From a virus: a stretch of 64,000 nucleotides of DNA. Where the stretch lies: positions 1-64,000 of the IMG/VR virus record IMGVR_UViG_3300044712_000991; one strand, given 5' to 3'. The notes beneath the pieces were generated by a model, which was not told where the DNA came from, ran no database searches, and saw only the letters and a list, made by a program, of their open reading frames with translations. Shown here piece after piece: positions 1 through 9,600 of this stretch; the first letter of the stretch is position 1, and the number at the start of each line of letters is the position of its first letter. The position numbers and the translations under genes are program-made.

Positions 1-632
1 GGTATGTTGTCCGCCAGTCCCCCGGGAAGGATATCCGCACCGAGCGTGCTGTCGGCAAGTACAGCCCTCCAACCCCCACCCTGCGCGGTATACTTCTCCG
101 TGCTGTGCGTGTTCGAAGGCGTGCCCCCCATGTCTTCCAAAGGGGTGCTCGCACCCGTATCTGGCGGTAAGTCGGTGCTCTGGTTGATGACCTTCTTCTT
201 CAGCACCTGATCACGAGGACCGACAATAACATCGGGCATCGAGGTATCGGGAAAGGTGTATCGGGTCACGAAGTCCTTCACGATGTCCAACTTCTTATCG
301 ATCTCCTGCGTACTCTCCCCGAGCGTACGTGGGGTGTAATCCACTTCGTACATGTCCACCACGACCGCCGTATTCGCAGTCTTCTGCATCGGGGGCAACA
401 TCCAGTGCGCTACGCTTTGCTCCAGTACACCCTGTTTGCGCAGAATGTTCACATCCGCTACAGCGGACTGCGCAGACCTTCCGAACCGCCGTTGGAACAT
501 CATTTCCACTTCTTCCGTGGTGAATGTCTCATTCATTCCTGCAAGAGCCACACGACCATCCTTGAGCATCGTGAACACGAGCTTGTCTGGTCGCTGTTCC
601 AACATCGTAGTAAGTGCTGCACATTTGTCCAT
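1..632 (-). CDS. Hypothetical virion/head-associated protein, 3'-truncated by the window edge (absent from the ORF track)
   Basis: Manual translation from the ATG at 632 gives MDKCAALTTMLEQRPDKL...QKTANT...DILPGGLADNIP, open to position 1. It lies downstream of a CTACCTAT motif and a purine-rich RBS. Confidence 0.75.
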   Translation of the reverse strand, partial: MDKCAALTTMLEQRPDKLVFTMLKDGRVALAGMNETFTTEEVEMMFQRRFGRSAQSAVADVNILRKQGVLEQSVAHWMLPPMQKTANTAVVVDMYEVDYTPRTLGESTQEIDKKLDIVKDFVTRYTFPDTSMPDVIVGPRDQVLKKKVINQSTDLPPDTGASTPLEDMGGTPSNTHSTEKYTAQGGGWRAVLADSTLGADILPGGLADNI

Positions 633-661
633 TGAAAGCCTCGTTCTCTCTTTCACAAAAT

Positions 662-669
662 ATAGGTAG
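662..669 (-). promoter_or_regulatory. Candidate late-promoter motif CTACCTAT (copy 1 of 3)
   Basis: Plus strand reads ATAGGTAG in the gap between the protease gene and the next ORF. The same motif occurs at 11838 and 23622. Confidence 0.5.
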
Positions 670-708
670 GATGCGCCTCTTTTTACTCCCACCCCCGCAA
701 AATAAGGG

Positions 709-1779
709 CTACCTCAACGCACACGCGGTAGAAATCAGCCCCCGCTCCTGTGCCTCGGCTGTAAAGCGCATAATCTCCTGGTCAGAGAGCTTGTCCCACT
801 CGATCTGCGCCACGGGCTTCCACGGAGACTGCTGAACGGGACTCCACACCCCTGCCCTCGCCGTTGCCTGTTGCCGAGCGAAGCGCTGGAGCTGGATGGC
901 CCGGGTGAACGCGGGATTCGCCACAACAGAGAGCTCGAAGAACGAAAGGACGTGGTTGATTTCGAAGTTCCTCACGGCGACCGCCCTGCGGGAGAAGCCC
1001 TTCAAGACCTCATCCTGCTCAGCCTTAGCCACAAGCACATGCTTCAGCCACTCCGGACGCAGGGTGCCCTTATCGAGCAGATCGCGCACATCGTTCGCGC
1101 TCACAACGGTGATGGAGCCCTTCCTGTCCTTCAAATGAGAGCAGTACTGGTGGGCAAAGTGCGCGGTGTTCCCACATGTGGAGCACACACTGTACTCGAT
1201 GTTCGTACCCATGGAGCACGCTAGGGGCTGCCCCGTGTCAATCATGCGCACGATACGCTCGGCGGTCTTCCTCGCCTTGGGATTCATGTGCGACCCATCG
1301 TTGGCCAGTTTGGCATCGATGCGCATCAAGACCTCAATGGCACCATCCTTCTGGTTGGGCATGGTGAGAATGCTCTGCCGCACCTTGTCATTCGACTGCC
1401 CTAGGAGGGAAGCCCACTTGGGGTTCTTCCCCATCTCTGCGGGGTAGTCGAAGCGGTTGAGGAACGCATCTGGCAGATCACCTATGGAGCCCGCGATGCC
1501 CTCGGCAGAGTTGTGCTCCGCGTGCGCACGCTTGCCGATGAACGACTTGTACCCGAAGTTCGGGCGTTCATCCTCAAAATGCTCGTAAGGGAACGCGTCC
1601 CAGTTCCCGTTCGGTCCGGCAGAGGGGTCTTCGAGGTTCCCAATTGCACGGAAACGCAGGTACCGAAAGTTGTTGTTGTCGAGTGGCACCACACGCCGAA
1701 CACCAGCAGTCGTGAACAGATTCTGCCGATGTCCGTACGGAATGGGCTTCAGAAGTTGGAATGCGAACTTTTGGATCAT
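709..1779 (-). CDS. Prohead (capsid maturation) protease, HK97/herpes-assemblin fold, with inserted Zn-finger
   Basis: Motifs AEHN (His), ACSMG (Ser) and FFELSVVANPAF. CSTC...YCSH Zn-finger lies just after the Ser. Encoded downstream of the portal gene. Confidence 0.8.
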   Translation of the reverse strand: MIQKFAFQLLKPIPYGHRQNLFTTAGVRRVVPLDNNNFRYLRFRAIGNLEDPSAGPNGNWDAFPYEHFEDERPNFGYKSFIGKRAHAEHNSAEGIAGSIGDLPDAFLNRFDYPAEMGKNPKWASLLGQSNDKVRQSILTMPNQKDGAIEVLMRIDAKLANDGSHMNPKARKTAERIVRMIDTGQPLACSMGTNIEYSVCSTCGNTAHFAHQYCSHLKDRKGSITVVSANDVRDLLDKGTLRPEWLKHVLVAKAEQDEVLKGFSRRAVAVRNFEINHVLSFFELSVVANPAFTRAIQLQRFARQQATARAGVWSPVQQSPWKPVAQIEWDKLSDQEIMRFTAEAQERGLISTACALR

Positions 1780-1795
1780 AGTAGTACCTCGCGTG

Positions 1796-3214
1796 TTAGG
1801 TGATTCCGAGATTGGCCGCGAACTGCGCTATCAGCCCATCTTCCTTGTCCCACAGGAATGCCTCGGCTGCCCGTACATTGTGTGCGTAGCCCTGCATGTC
1901 ATGCCACACATCAGTCGCACTCAGGGAACGCAAGTATCGCACGGTCATCCCCGCATGCTCCTCCGTGCCCACGAGCTCCACTTCCTTCTTGTGGTGAATG
2001 TCCCCCAAGTGCCACTCGCGGTAGACCGTGCGTGCCCACATCTGCGGTTCATCCGTGGCCATCATCTGCATCAACCTCGCTGGCTTGATACCCCGCCCAT
2101 GAGAGAACCCAATGAGACACTTCCCGTACTCGTAATACTTCCTGGACCGCGATGAGTTGTTGACCGTCACATCATCAAACGTCTGAAGTGCGAACTGAAG
2201 CGTTATCCCCAACTGCACCACCCGCTGCTCATCGTGATTCCCCGGCATGATGACGATGTCCACGGGTGCCACCTGCCGTAGGCGATTGATGGCCTTGAGG
2301 ATGAGTTCTGTACCCAACTGCAAGGTCTTCGTCCACCGTGTATCCTCCTGCTGAGGAGTACCCGAGGTGGTGGTACCGAACTTGTTGTCCGTGTTGAAAA
2401 AATCATTGCCCACGGGGAACACGATGCGATCGACCTGCCCATGCCACTTCGCGCTCTGCTGGATGATCTTCTCGATGGCGGACATGAACATCTCCTCCGC
2501 TATCTTGATGTCGAAGTTCGTCCCCGACTCTTCATCCCAAGTGAGCTTCCCGTAGTGCAGGTCGAACAGATCGACCTCCAACAGCAACGGTCGCTCGGTG
2601 AGCAGTTTGCGCTTGATGGGCGTATACTTCAGAGGGTTGTTCTTCAACATCTCCAACAACCCCTCCACGGCCGCTTTGGCTTCCAAATACGCCTTCCGGC
2701 GGACAAGTTTGGCCTTTATCTGCCAGAGCGGGACAGTCTTGTGTTGATCCTCTAGGCGAGCATACCCAGCCTTGGTCACGAACTTGGTGTCATACCGCCG
2801 GAGTTTGGTGTGCGACTCATAGTGGTTGACCTCAAAGCGCTCGACCTCCCACACCTCTGTATCGACCTTCCACTGCGCGAGGAACTCCTCCAACGATGGG
2901 GGTTCCCCCTCATACCCACGGATGACGAAATCCTGGGCATCCTTGGTCTGAGAAATCGTCTCCGCAGGTGCCCCTGGAGCAGGTGGTGCATCTGCGGTAT
3001 CTACCTCGGGCATCGCTCCGTTACGACCATGCTGCACGGAGGATGTCAAATTGTCTGCCTTGCGTATCTTGCTCACCCATCTACGAAGTGAATCGGGGTT
3101 GGTATCCGAGAACCTATCGGGATACAGTTTGAGTACACGACGGGCTATCGCCCCGTTACTCTCATCTTTGTATGACTGCAACACCTTTACCACGAGTTCG
3201 CGGTTGGTTGACAT
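1796..3214 (-). CDS. N-terminal HTH-like region plus calcineurin-like metallophosphoesterase
   Basis: Metal-binding motifs DLHYGK, GNDFF, PGNHD, FSHG and GDIHH. N-terminal helical IARRV...SLRRWVSKIRK segment. Confidence 0.75.
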   Translation of the reverse strand: MSTNRELVVKVLQSYKDESNGAIARRVLKLYPDRFSDTNPDSLRRWVSKIRKADNLTSSVQHGRNGAMPEVDTADAPPAPGAPAETISQTKDAQDFVIRGYEGEPPSLEEFLAQWKVDTEVWEVERFEVNHYESHTKLRRYDTKFVTKAGYARLEDQHKTVPLWQIKAKLVRRKAYLEAKAAVEGLLEMLKNNPLKYTPIKRKLLTERPLLLEVDLFDLHYGKLTWDEESGTNFDIKIAEEMFMSAIEKIIQQSAKWHGQVDRIVFPVGNDFFNTDNKFGTTTSGTPQQEDTRWTKTLQLGTELILKAINRLRQVAPVDIVIMPGNHDEQRVVQLGITLQFALQTFDDVTVNNSSRSRKYYEYGKCLIGFSHGRGIKPARLMQMMATDEPQMWARTVYREWHLGDIHHKKEVELVGTEEHAGMTVRYLRSLSATDVWHDMQGYAHNVRAAEAFLWDKEDGLIAQFAANLGIT

Positions 3215-3241
3215 ACACTCCTCTTGCCTGTGATGGATGAA

Positions 3242-5305
3242 CTAGATGCCCACTGCTTTGTCTATGGTTTGCTGTTCTACTGTCGGATGTTCTGTCATGA
3301 GAATTCTGTTCTGATCGAAGAGCCCTGTGTCCTCCACGCTCGCCGTGCTCAGCATCTCACTCGCGAGTGCCTCTAGGGATGGACTCTGCTTCGCGGAAAG
3401 CGTAGGGGGCGCTCCTGGGGGAGCCCCTGCCGCGGCACCACCCGCAGGTGGACCACCTGCCCCAATCGGAGCTCCTGGAGCCCCAAGACCCGCACCTGCG
3501 AGGTCTCCACCGCCACCACCCATATCACCCCCACCTGGCGGGAGAGCATCCATCGGACCGATGTCCATACCTGCCCCACCATCGAACTCACCCGTGGGAG
3601 ACCCACCTGGCTTCTTGGGCTCTGCCCATGGAGCGAGACCCTGCCTGATAATCTCGGACTCCCGCTCTTTCCGGCGCTCGATGTCCCTGAAGTACGCCTT
3701 CTCCTGTGCCGTGGGATCGAGGCGTGCGATACGGGCGAGTGTCGCCTCATCAATCAACCACGGTACTTCCTTCCTGAGCCACTTGATCCAGTTCTTGTAG
3801 TTCTCATCGTTCGTGGCACTCATGGCACCCCAGTCGAGTTTGGGGTAGATGTACTCCCTGCGCTGAGCGAGTTCGTTGTTCCGCAGTTCCTCTGACTTCT
3901 TGGTGAAGAACTCCCTGAACTCCTCGTTGTCCTTGTAGTCACGGATGCCCGCGTAGGCCTTCATAAGGTCGCGCCCAGCATCCTTCGCAGAGCCGTAAGC
4001 CTTGCCCCTGTAGTACGAACCAACCACCGGCCGTGCCACACGGTAGAACCCGCACATCTCCGCCACCGTCTTGAACCACCCCACATGCACCATCTGTTCG
4101 ACCTTGAGTTGGAGGTTCAGGTAGCGCTGACGTTGGATTTCGAGGTTCGCATACGCCTGGGCGTACGACCCACCACCGCCCGTCATGAGTTGCTCGTGGA
4201 TACCCATACCAATGAACTTCAGTTTGTACACCCGATCGAACTCGGGACCCACGGGCAGAATCTTGCCCGAAGAGCCGTAGAACTCGACATTGATGCCATA
4301 GTGATAGAAGATGCTGAAGTTCGGGTCCATCTCCCACGCAGCGAACATGTCGCGCAGGGAGTCCAACTCGGATGCCTCGGGAATCCACCCCGTGTTGGGG
4401 TCACCGACCTTCACGATGGTGAGAGGCACGATATGGCGGGTGGCGATAGCAAACTGCGCCTGTTGGAGGCGGTCCTCGTACATGAGAATCTTCAGCAAGC
4501 GCTTGATGAGCGACTTGCCCTTCACTTCGTACGGTGCCTTGTCGTGCGAGAGGATGAACACGTTGTTCGGATGCAACGGAATCTCGTTGTTGTACAGCAC
4601 GTACCGTATGATCTCGGGCGAGAGTTGCTTGTACAGATAGTCGGGGCTCCTCGTTTGCACGATCTTCTTCAGCCCCTCATCGGGGATGAGCTTGACCAAC
4701 GGCTTCTGGTTCAACCAAGTGCTCTCGACCTTCACATAGTCAGGATTGAGAAGCGTGAACTGGTCGAACATGTAGTCCTTCTCATTCCACGCACCGAAGA
4801 AGTAGTCGTTACCGATTGTCCAGTACTCCTTCACCCCATCGGTCAGCGTACGAATGAGGTTGATACGCTCAGCCATCTCCTCGAAATGCTGCTGTACTCC
4901 CGCATCCTCGCACTCACTGAGTTGGAGATTCGCCATCGGGAGTTCCGTATGGATACGCAAGGCCGCACCCACGATGGGGTCGGTGTCTGCGAAGAACCTG
5001 TAGAGACCATGGAGTGTGCGGTCATCCGTAGGGATAGCCAATGTGGAGGATGTGTAGCGGGGGTCGTTGAAAAGTGGTGCGTTCCTGGTCACGTCCAGTG
5101 CAGAATTACCGCGTTTGATAATCCTGTCCGCAACCTTCGTGAACGACACGCTCGATACGGGATGCACGGGATCGACATGCATCGGGGACTGCTGTCCCTG
5201 CATCACCCCCGTGAACTCCGACTCCAGGTTGCTCGTGATGAGCCCCTGTTGCGGGTGCCGACTCCCAACAACCGTGTTACCTACCGTCCGAAGCAGATGT
5301 CCCAT
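3242..5305 (-). CDS. Portal protein
   Basis: 687 aa with portal-like segments (DPIVGAALRIHTELP; IVPLTIVKVGD; YANLEIQRQRY...WFK) and a Gly/Pro-rich tail. Lies between head genes and the protease. Confidence 0.7.
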   Translation of the reverse strand: MGHLLRTVGNTVVGSRHPQQGLITSNLESEFTGVMQGQQSPMHVDPVHPVSSVSFTKVADRIIKRGNSALDVTRNAPLFNDPRYTSSTLAIPTDDRTLHGLYRFFADTDPIVGAALRIHTELPMANLQLSECEDAGVQQHFEEMAERINLIRTLTDGVKEYWTIGNDYFFGAWNEKDYMFDQFTLLNPDYVKVESTWLNQKPLVKLIPDEGLKKIVQTRSPDYLYKQLSPEIIRYVLYNNEIPLHPNNVFILSHDKAPYEVKGKSLIKRLLKILMYEDRLQQAQFAIATRHIVPLTIVKVGDPNTGWIPEASELDSLRDMFAAWEMDPNFSIFYHYGINVEFYGSSGKILPVGPEFDRVYKLKFIGMGIHEQLMTGGGGSYAQAYANLEIQRQRYLNLQLKVEQMVHVGWFKTVAEMCGFYRVARPVVGSYYRGKAYGSAKDAGRDLMKAYAGIRDYKDNEEFREFFTKKSEELRNNELAQRREYIYPKLDWGAMSATNDENYKNWIKWLRKEVPWLIDEATLARIARLDPTAQEKAYFRDIERRKERESEIIRQGLAPWAEPKKPGGSPTGEFDGGAGMDIGPMDALPPGGGDMGGGGGDLAGAGLGAPGAPIGAGGPPAGGAAAGAPPGAPPTLSAKQSPSLEALASEMLSTASVEDTGLFDQNRILMTEHPTVEQQTIDKAVGI
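3400..3620 (-). repeat. Gly/Pro/Ala low-complexity tail of the portal
   Basis: PPGGGDMGGGGGDLAGAGLGAPGAPIGAGGPPAGGAAAGAPPGAPP in the translation. Confidence 0.8.
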
Positions 5306-5317
5306 AGTGTCCTCTTA

Positions 5318-6679
5318 CTAGTGTGATGGCGCACGATAACGATAATCCTCACGCGCCTCATGGTTGACGATGGCATCGGGCTTCGTACTCTCTGCGAACG
5401 TAAGTGCCTGGAGCACCCCTTGATGCACAAGAATCATGTTCGGTTTGTGTAGTTCGGGATTCACTGGCTCCTCGGCACCAACCAAGGATGCGAAGGGCGT
5501 GAGAGGCCGGTTGGTCTCAGGGCGATCGGGCGAACTATGCAGGTCTGTCTCAAAGTACTGTCTTTCCAAGTCCTTGCGTGTCGATGATGGTTCCTCAAGT
5601 TCATCCTGTCCCTTCGGGTCTTTCGGACTCACATCCATTGTGCCCATGTACCCCGGGTACTGCTCAGCGTGCGGGAGATCGGCAGCCTGTGCAATCAGTG
5701 GAAGCGCAGCAAGTATCCTGTCGGGTGCAACCTGATAATACACGGCGATCTCCTGTCCTACCTTCTGTACATCAGATGTCCCAAGCCTACTTGCAACCTC
5801 CTGGGCCATCGCGTACAACTGCTGGTCCTCAAACCCCATGGAGGACACTGCGAGCCCACCCTTGTTTGGGTTCTGCTCCCGCAGTTTGTCACTCACCCCT
5901 GGCGTGACCTTCGACTCATCGAGGAAGTTCTCCTTCTGCGGCTCGAAAGGCTCACCCCACAAATGATCCCGACCGTTCTCAATCTCGTGGTGGTCGTTGA
6001 TGTTCCACATATCCGCCAAGTTCTTCGAACTCCCACCAATACCCCCATCTATGTCCGACTTGTCCGTGTACGTCTCGGGGGTGGCAAACTTCAACGCGCT
6101 CGTCGTGGGTTGTGGTGCGTTTTTGAAGTACTGCACGGTCGATGGTAGTGGGTGCTCTTCCTTAGCGTTCTGAAACAGATTCTCCCACCCCACGAACTTC
6201 TTCCTCGACAGGACATCCACCAAGCCCCTGTCGTTCACGCTTTGTAGAATCTCCGCATCATCATCAATGAACAGCGTGTGTCCCTCTGGGCGGGCGTACT
6301 CTCCCTTGTCAATCCCAGGTTTGATGACTACAATGTACGTAAAAAATCTGAGAAGGTCAAATTTACCTAGGAGCATCTTCGCTGGTTGGGCCTCGTCCAC
6401 CACTCCAGGCTTCGCACTACGACTGACCACCCCGAGGTTCATCCCATACTCATCGAGGCAGTCGAGAACATCGCGCACATTCGGCTGAAGTTTGCAGACA
6501 TTCCCTCGTAGATCACTCACCACATTCTCGTCCACGAGTTCGAATGGGGGCACCATCTCCAACGCAGGGATGCCTGTCCCCCGTGCATCGAAACAATCCC
6601 ATATCGTCCTGTCGAGGTCGAAGAGAATGGTCTCGTACGCATCGAACAGAGAGTTCTTGATGTCATATCTTATCTTCAT
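5318..6679 (-). CDS. HAD-superfamily (MDP-1-like, subfamily IIIC) phosphatase fused to an acidic C-terminal region
   Basis: Motifs FDLDRTIWD (I), VVSRS (II) and LFIDDD (IV). Start moved to 6679 (ATGA overlap with the upstream stop). SALKFA lies at the domain junction. Confidence 0.75.
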   Translation of the reverse strand: MKIRYDIKNSLFDAYETILFDLDRTIWDCFDARGTGIPALEMVPPFELVDENVVSDLRGNVCKLQPNVRDVLDCLDEYGMNLGVVSRSAKPGVVDEAQPAKMLLGKFDLLRFFTYIVVIKPGIDKGEYARPEGHTLFIDDDAEILQSVNDRGLVDVLSRKKFVGWENLFQNAKEEHPLPSTVQYFKNAPQPTTSALKFATPETYTDKSDIDGGIGGSSKNLADMWNINDHHEIENGRDHLWGEPFEPQKENFLDESKVTPGVSDKLREQNPNKGGLAVSSMGFEDQQLYAMAQEVASRLGTSDVQKVGQEIAVYYQVAPDRILAALPLIAQAADLPHAEQYPGYMGTMDVSPKDPKGQDELEEPSSTRKDLERQYFETDLHSSPDRPETNRPLTPFASLVGAEEPVNPELHKPNMILVHQGVLQALTFAESTKPDAIVNHEAREDYRYRAPSH

Positions 6680-9600
6680 ACGATGCCCATACGTTGTGCC
6701 CACTCCCACTCGGCTTGAAGTTTGGCCGTTATCTCGCTGTCGGACATGTTCTTGAACTCAGAAGCACTCCGAATACCTTTAAGTGCCGAGGTCTTAAACC
6801 TTGTAAAATCAAAGGTTGCGATGCTTGTTTGAAGGTTGACATGATTCGATGGCTCGAAACTCACCATCTGCTTGTCCTTCTTGTGAGGGTCGGGGAGGTT
6901 CAGATCGGTGTAGAATCCGCCCTTCATGTCCGAGTTTGAGGTATCTGTCGGTGATCCCCCACCCCCTGGACCCCCTCCCACGGGGGCCGCTTCTCCATGT
7001 GCTGGCTCGTACTGAAACCAATCGTTACGCTGTCCTAGCCCAGGCGGGGTGCCCTGGGTGAACTCTTGGTCTACGGCCGCAAAACGGAGAGTCTTGGGGA
7101 GATCAACGACCGTCACATACATCTGGTCACTCTCCGCGATGACTCTCCTACGCTGCTTCCAGTTCTCGATATTCCCGAGGCGTTTGTGCGCGAGTCCCCA
7201 AATGTAATCCACATCGGGGATACCGTACGGTACATCGAGCAACCTCGATCCCACCCGACCACGGAAGGGCTTCTCGATGAACACACTCACGCCCTCCACC
7301 CCCTTCTTACCCGCGTACTTCGACAGGTCTTCAAAGACTTGCACGCCAGGAATGCTCGCGATGACCGAAGGCATGTCCCGCCGACCAAGCAGGTACGCCC
7401 CCACAGTCCTCCCATCCGCCGTGGTGACCTTCCGGCACAAATCCCAGTCCACTATGCGGTCGTAGTACTCCGCAGGGGGTGCTTGTGAGGATACGGCGGA
7501 GAACACATCCGCCCGCAAGGACAGCACATGCTGCCTGTCCTCCACCTGTACGGGCTCAATCAAAAGCGACCCGTTCGCGAGCGCCACAAGGGTCTCGAAG
7601 CGCAACGTAGCGAGCGTCGATATCTCGTGCAGTCTGCGACGAATACGCTCCTTCTCCTCGGGAGTCTGTGCGTTCTTCATCTTATCCAACAGGCGGTCTA
7701 TCTCCTCCTGTACGAGTCCCCGCTGCTCATGTTCGCCTGGTGGGGCAAACTGAATTGTGGGCTCCGCAGGTTTCTCGGTCTCCGCGAGGTCTCCCTGTGG
7801 GGGTTCCTCAGGAAGTTCTCCACCATCTGGGCCTATACCCATGCCTTCCCCTGTATCGGGAGGATTGACAATCTGCTGATACCTGTCCTCGTCCGCAGAG
7901 GGTGGTACGTACCCCGTGAGCGTAACATCACCGTACCCCCTATCGATGAGCATCCTACGGACAGAGGCAAGGAACTGGTCTTTCATCGGGGAGCCCTTGA
8001 TGGCTGGTGGCAGGGTGTTGATTACCCAATCTTGATACCAATCGCGCCCGAGTTCTTCCTTGCCCACCGATCCACCCTGAATCTGGGTGTTGCCGTGGAT
8101 GTAGTACTTGATGTCATCCTCAGCCTTCTTGATCCAATGGAGCCAGTCGAACTGCGGGGAGGCTATGGTGTACCCGTACTCCTCCCCGAGGAAGGTCTTG
8201 AGTTCCTGCTCATGCTCAGGCGTACGATCTACATGGTACTCCGCGAAGAATGAGTCGTACGCAAACTGCGCCAGTTGTTCATCCGTGACATACGCCTCGT
8301 AGGGCGCAAAGCGTTCATCCGCACGATTGTGCTCAATGACCCACTCCACATGATGCTTCATATTCTTGAACCCATCGGGGGTGATGGTCGCGAACTTCAG
8401 GAACGGCATGAGAGCCCCAAGCAACCCACCTGTCTTCCCTTCGTTACCTGCCTGCTTCTTCACAGGTATGACATAGAACTCCGAGGCCTTGCGGTCGTAG
8501 TTCGACTTCGGGTCGAGTGTGATGGACACCCCGACGTTCTTGCGCTGACCCCCGAAGACCTTCGCTGGACGGTCGTAGGCCATGCTCCAGTTCGCCTGCT
8601 TACCTGGTTGCTCAATAGAACTGAACCCCCTCGTCTTTATCTCCACCTCTTCATGTGGTGGCATCCACACCTCATCCACCCCTGCCCGCGCTGCCTGCTC
8701 AAGGATGGTGTTCAGCAGATTCTCCGGCCAATGACGATAATACTGCCGGAAGATTGCGGTCTGCTCCGCACTCAAGTGATCGTTACCCTTTTGGTACGCA
8801 TCACTCTGCATCTCACTGATGTACCACACATACTTCGAGACCACGGTACCTGTCGCGGGGTCGTTGGTCTCGTAAGACAGCGGGGTGATACGGGAGAATG
8901 CAATAGAGTCGGCCAAGTGGGTTCCCCCAGTGTCGATGGCTGTCTTCGTTGGTCCGACCACCTTTGCTGGCATCTTACCGTAATCAGGCGTAATAGCAAT
9001 ACCGAACTGCACGCCAGCACCCGCCACATGGTTCTTGGTGTTCACAAGATTACTCATATACGACGACACTGGCACGGAAGAATACGGCCGGATGGGTGCC
9101 ACGGCGGAATTCAGATGGAAGTTGTTCAATGCCCCAACCAACTGATGATACACATTGAATAACTCCTTATCCGACACCTGCTCTCCCAACAAACCCATGA
9201 GTTCCGCATACCCTCCCTCAGGATCAAGGCCGAGAGATTTCAGACTCTCTACTGTGGGGGGAGCATCCCCGTAGGTTGTCTGATACTTCGCCACCAACGA
9301 CTCCACAGTAGGCTTCGCAGGGGGAGGGGTCTTCTGCTGACGTGCATCCCCCTCTCCGTGCTGAACAGTCTTACCCGTCAGCCCCCGGAATCTTCCGAAC
9401 AACGTCTGGATATCAGCGGTACTCAGTTTGCCCGTGAACGCCTTCGCCTTGTTCATCTTGGCGAACCACTGCATAGGATCGGGAATGGCAGGACCCGCTG
9501 AAGCAAGAAACTGTGGCACCTCGGCTTCGTTGGCTACCCACGCTTGCAACTGCTGTACCTGCTCATCCGTGACACCCTGGGGCGTTTGGGATGGGGATGC

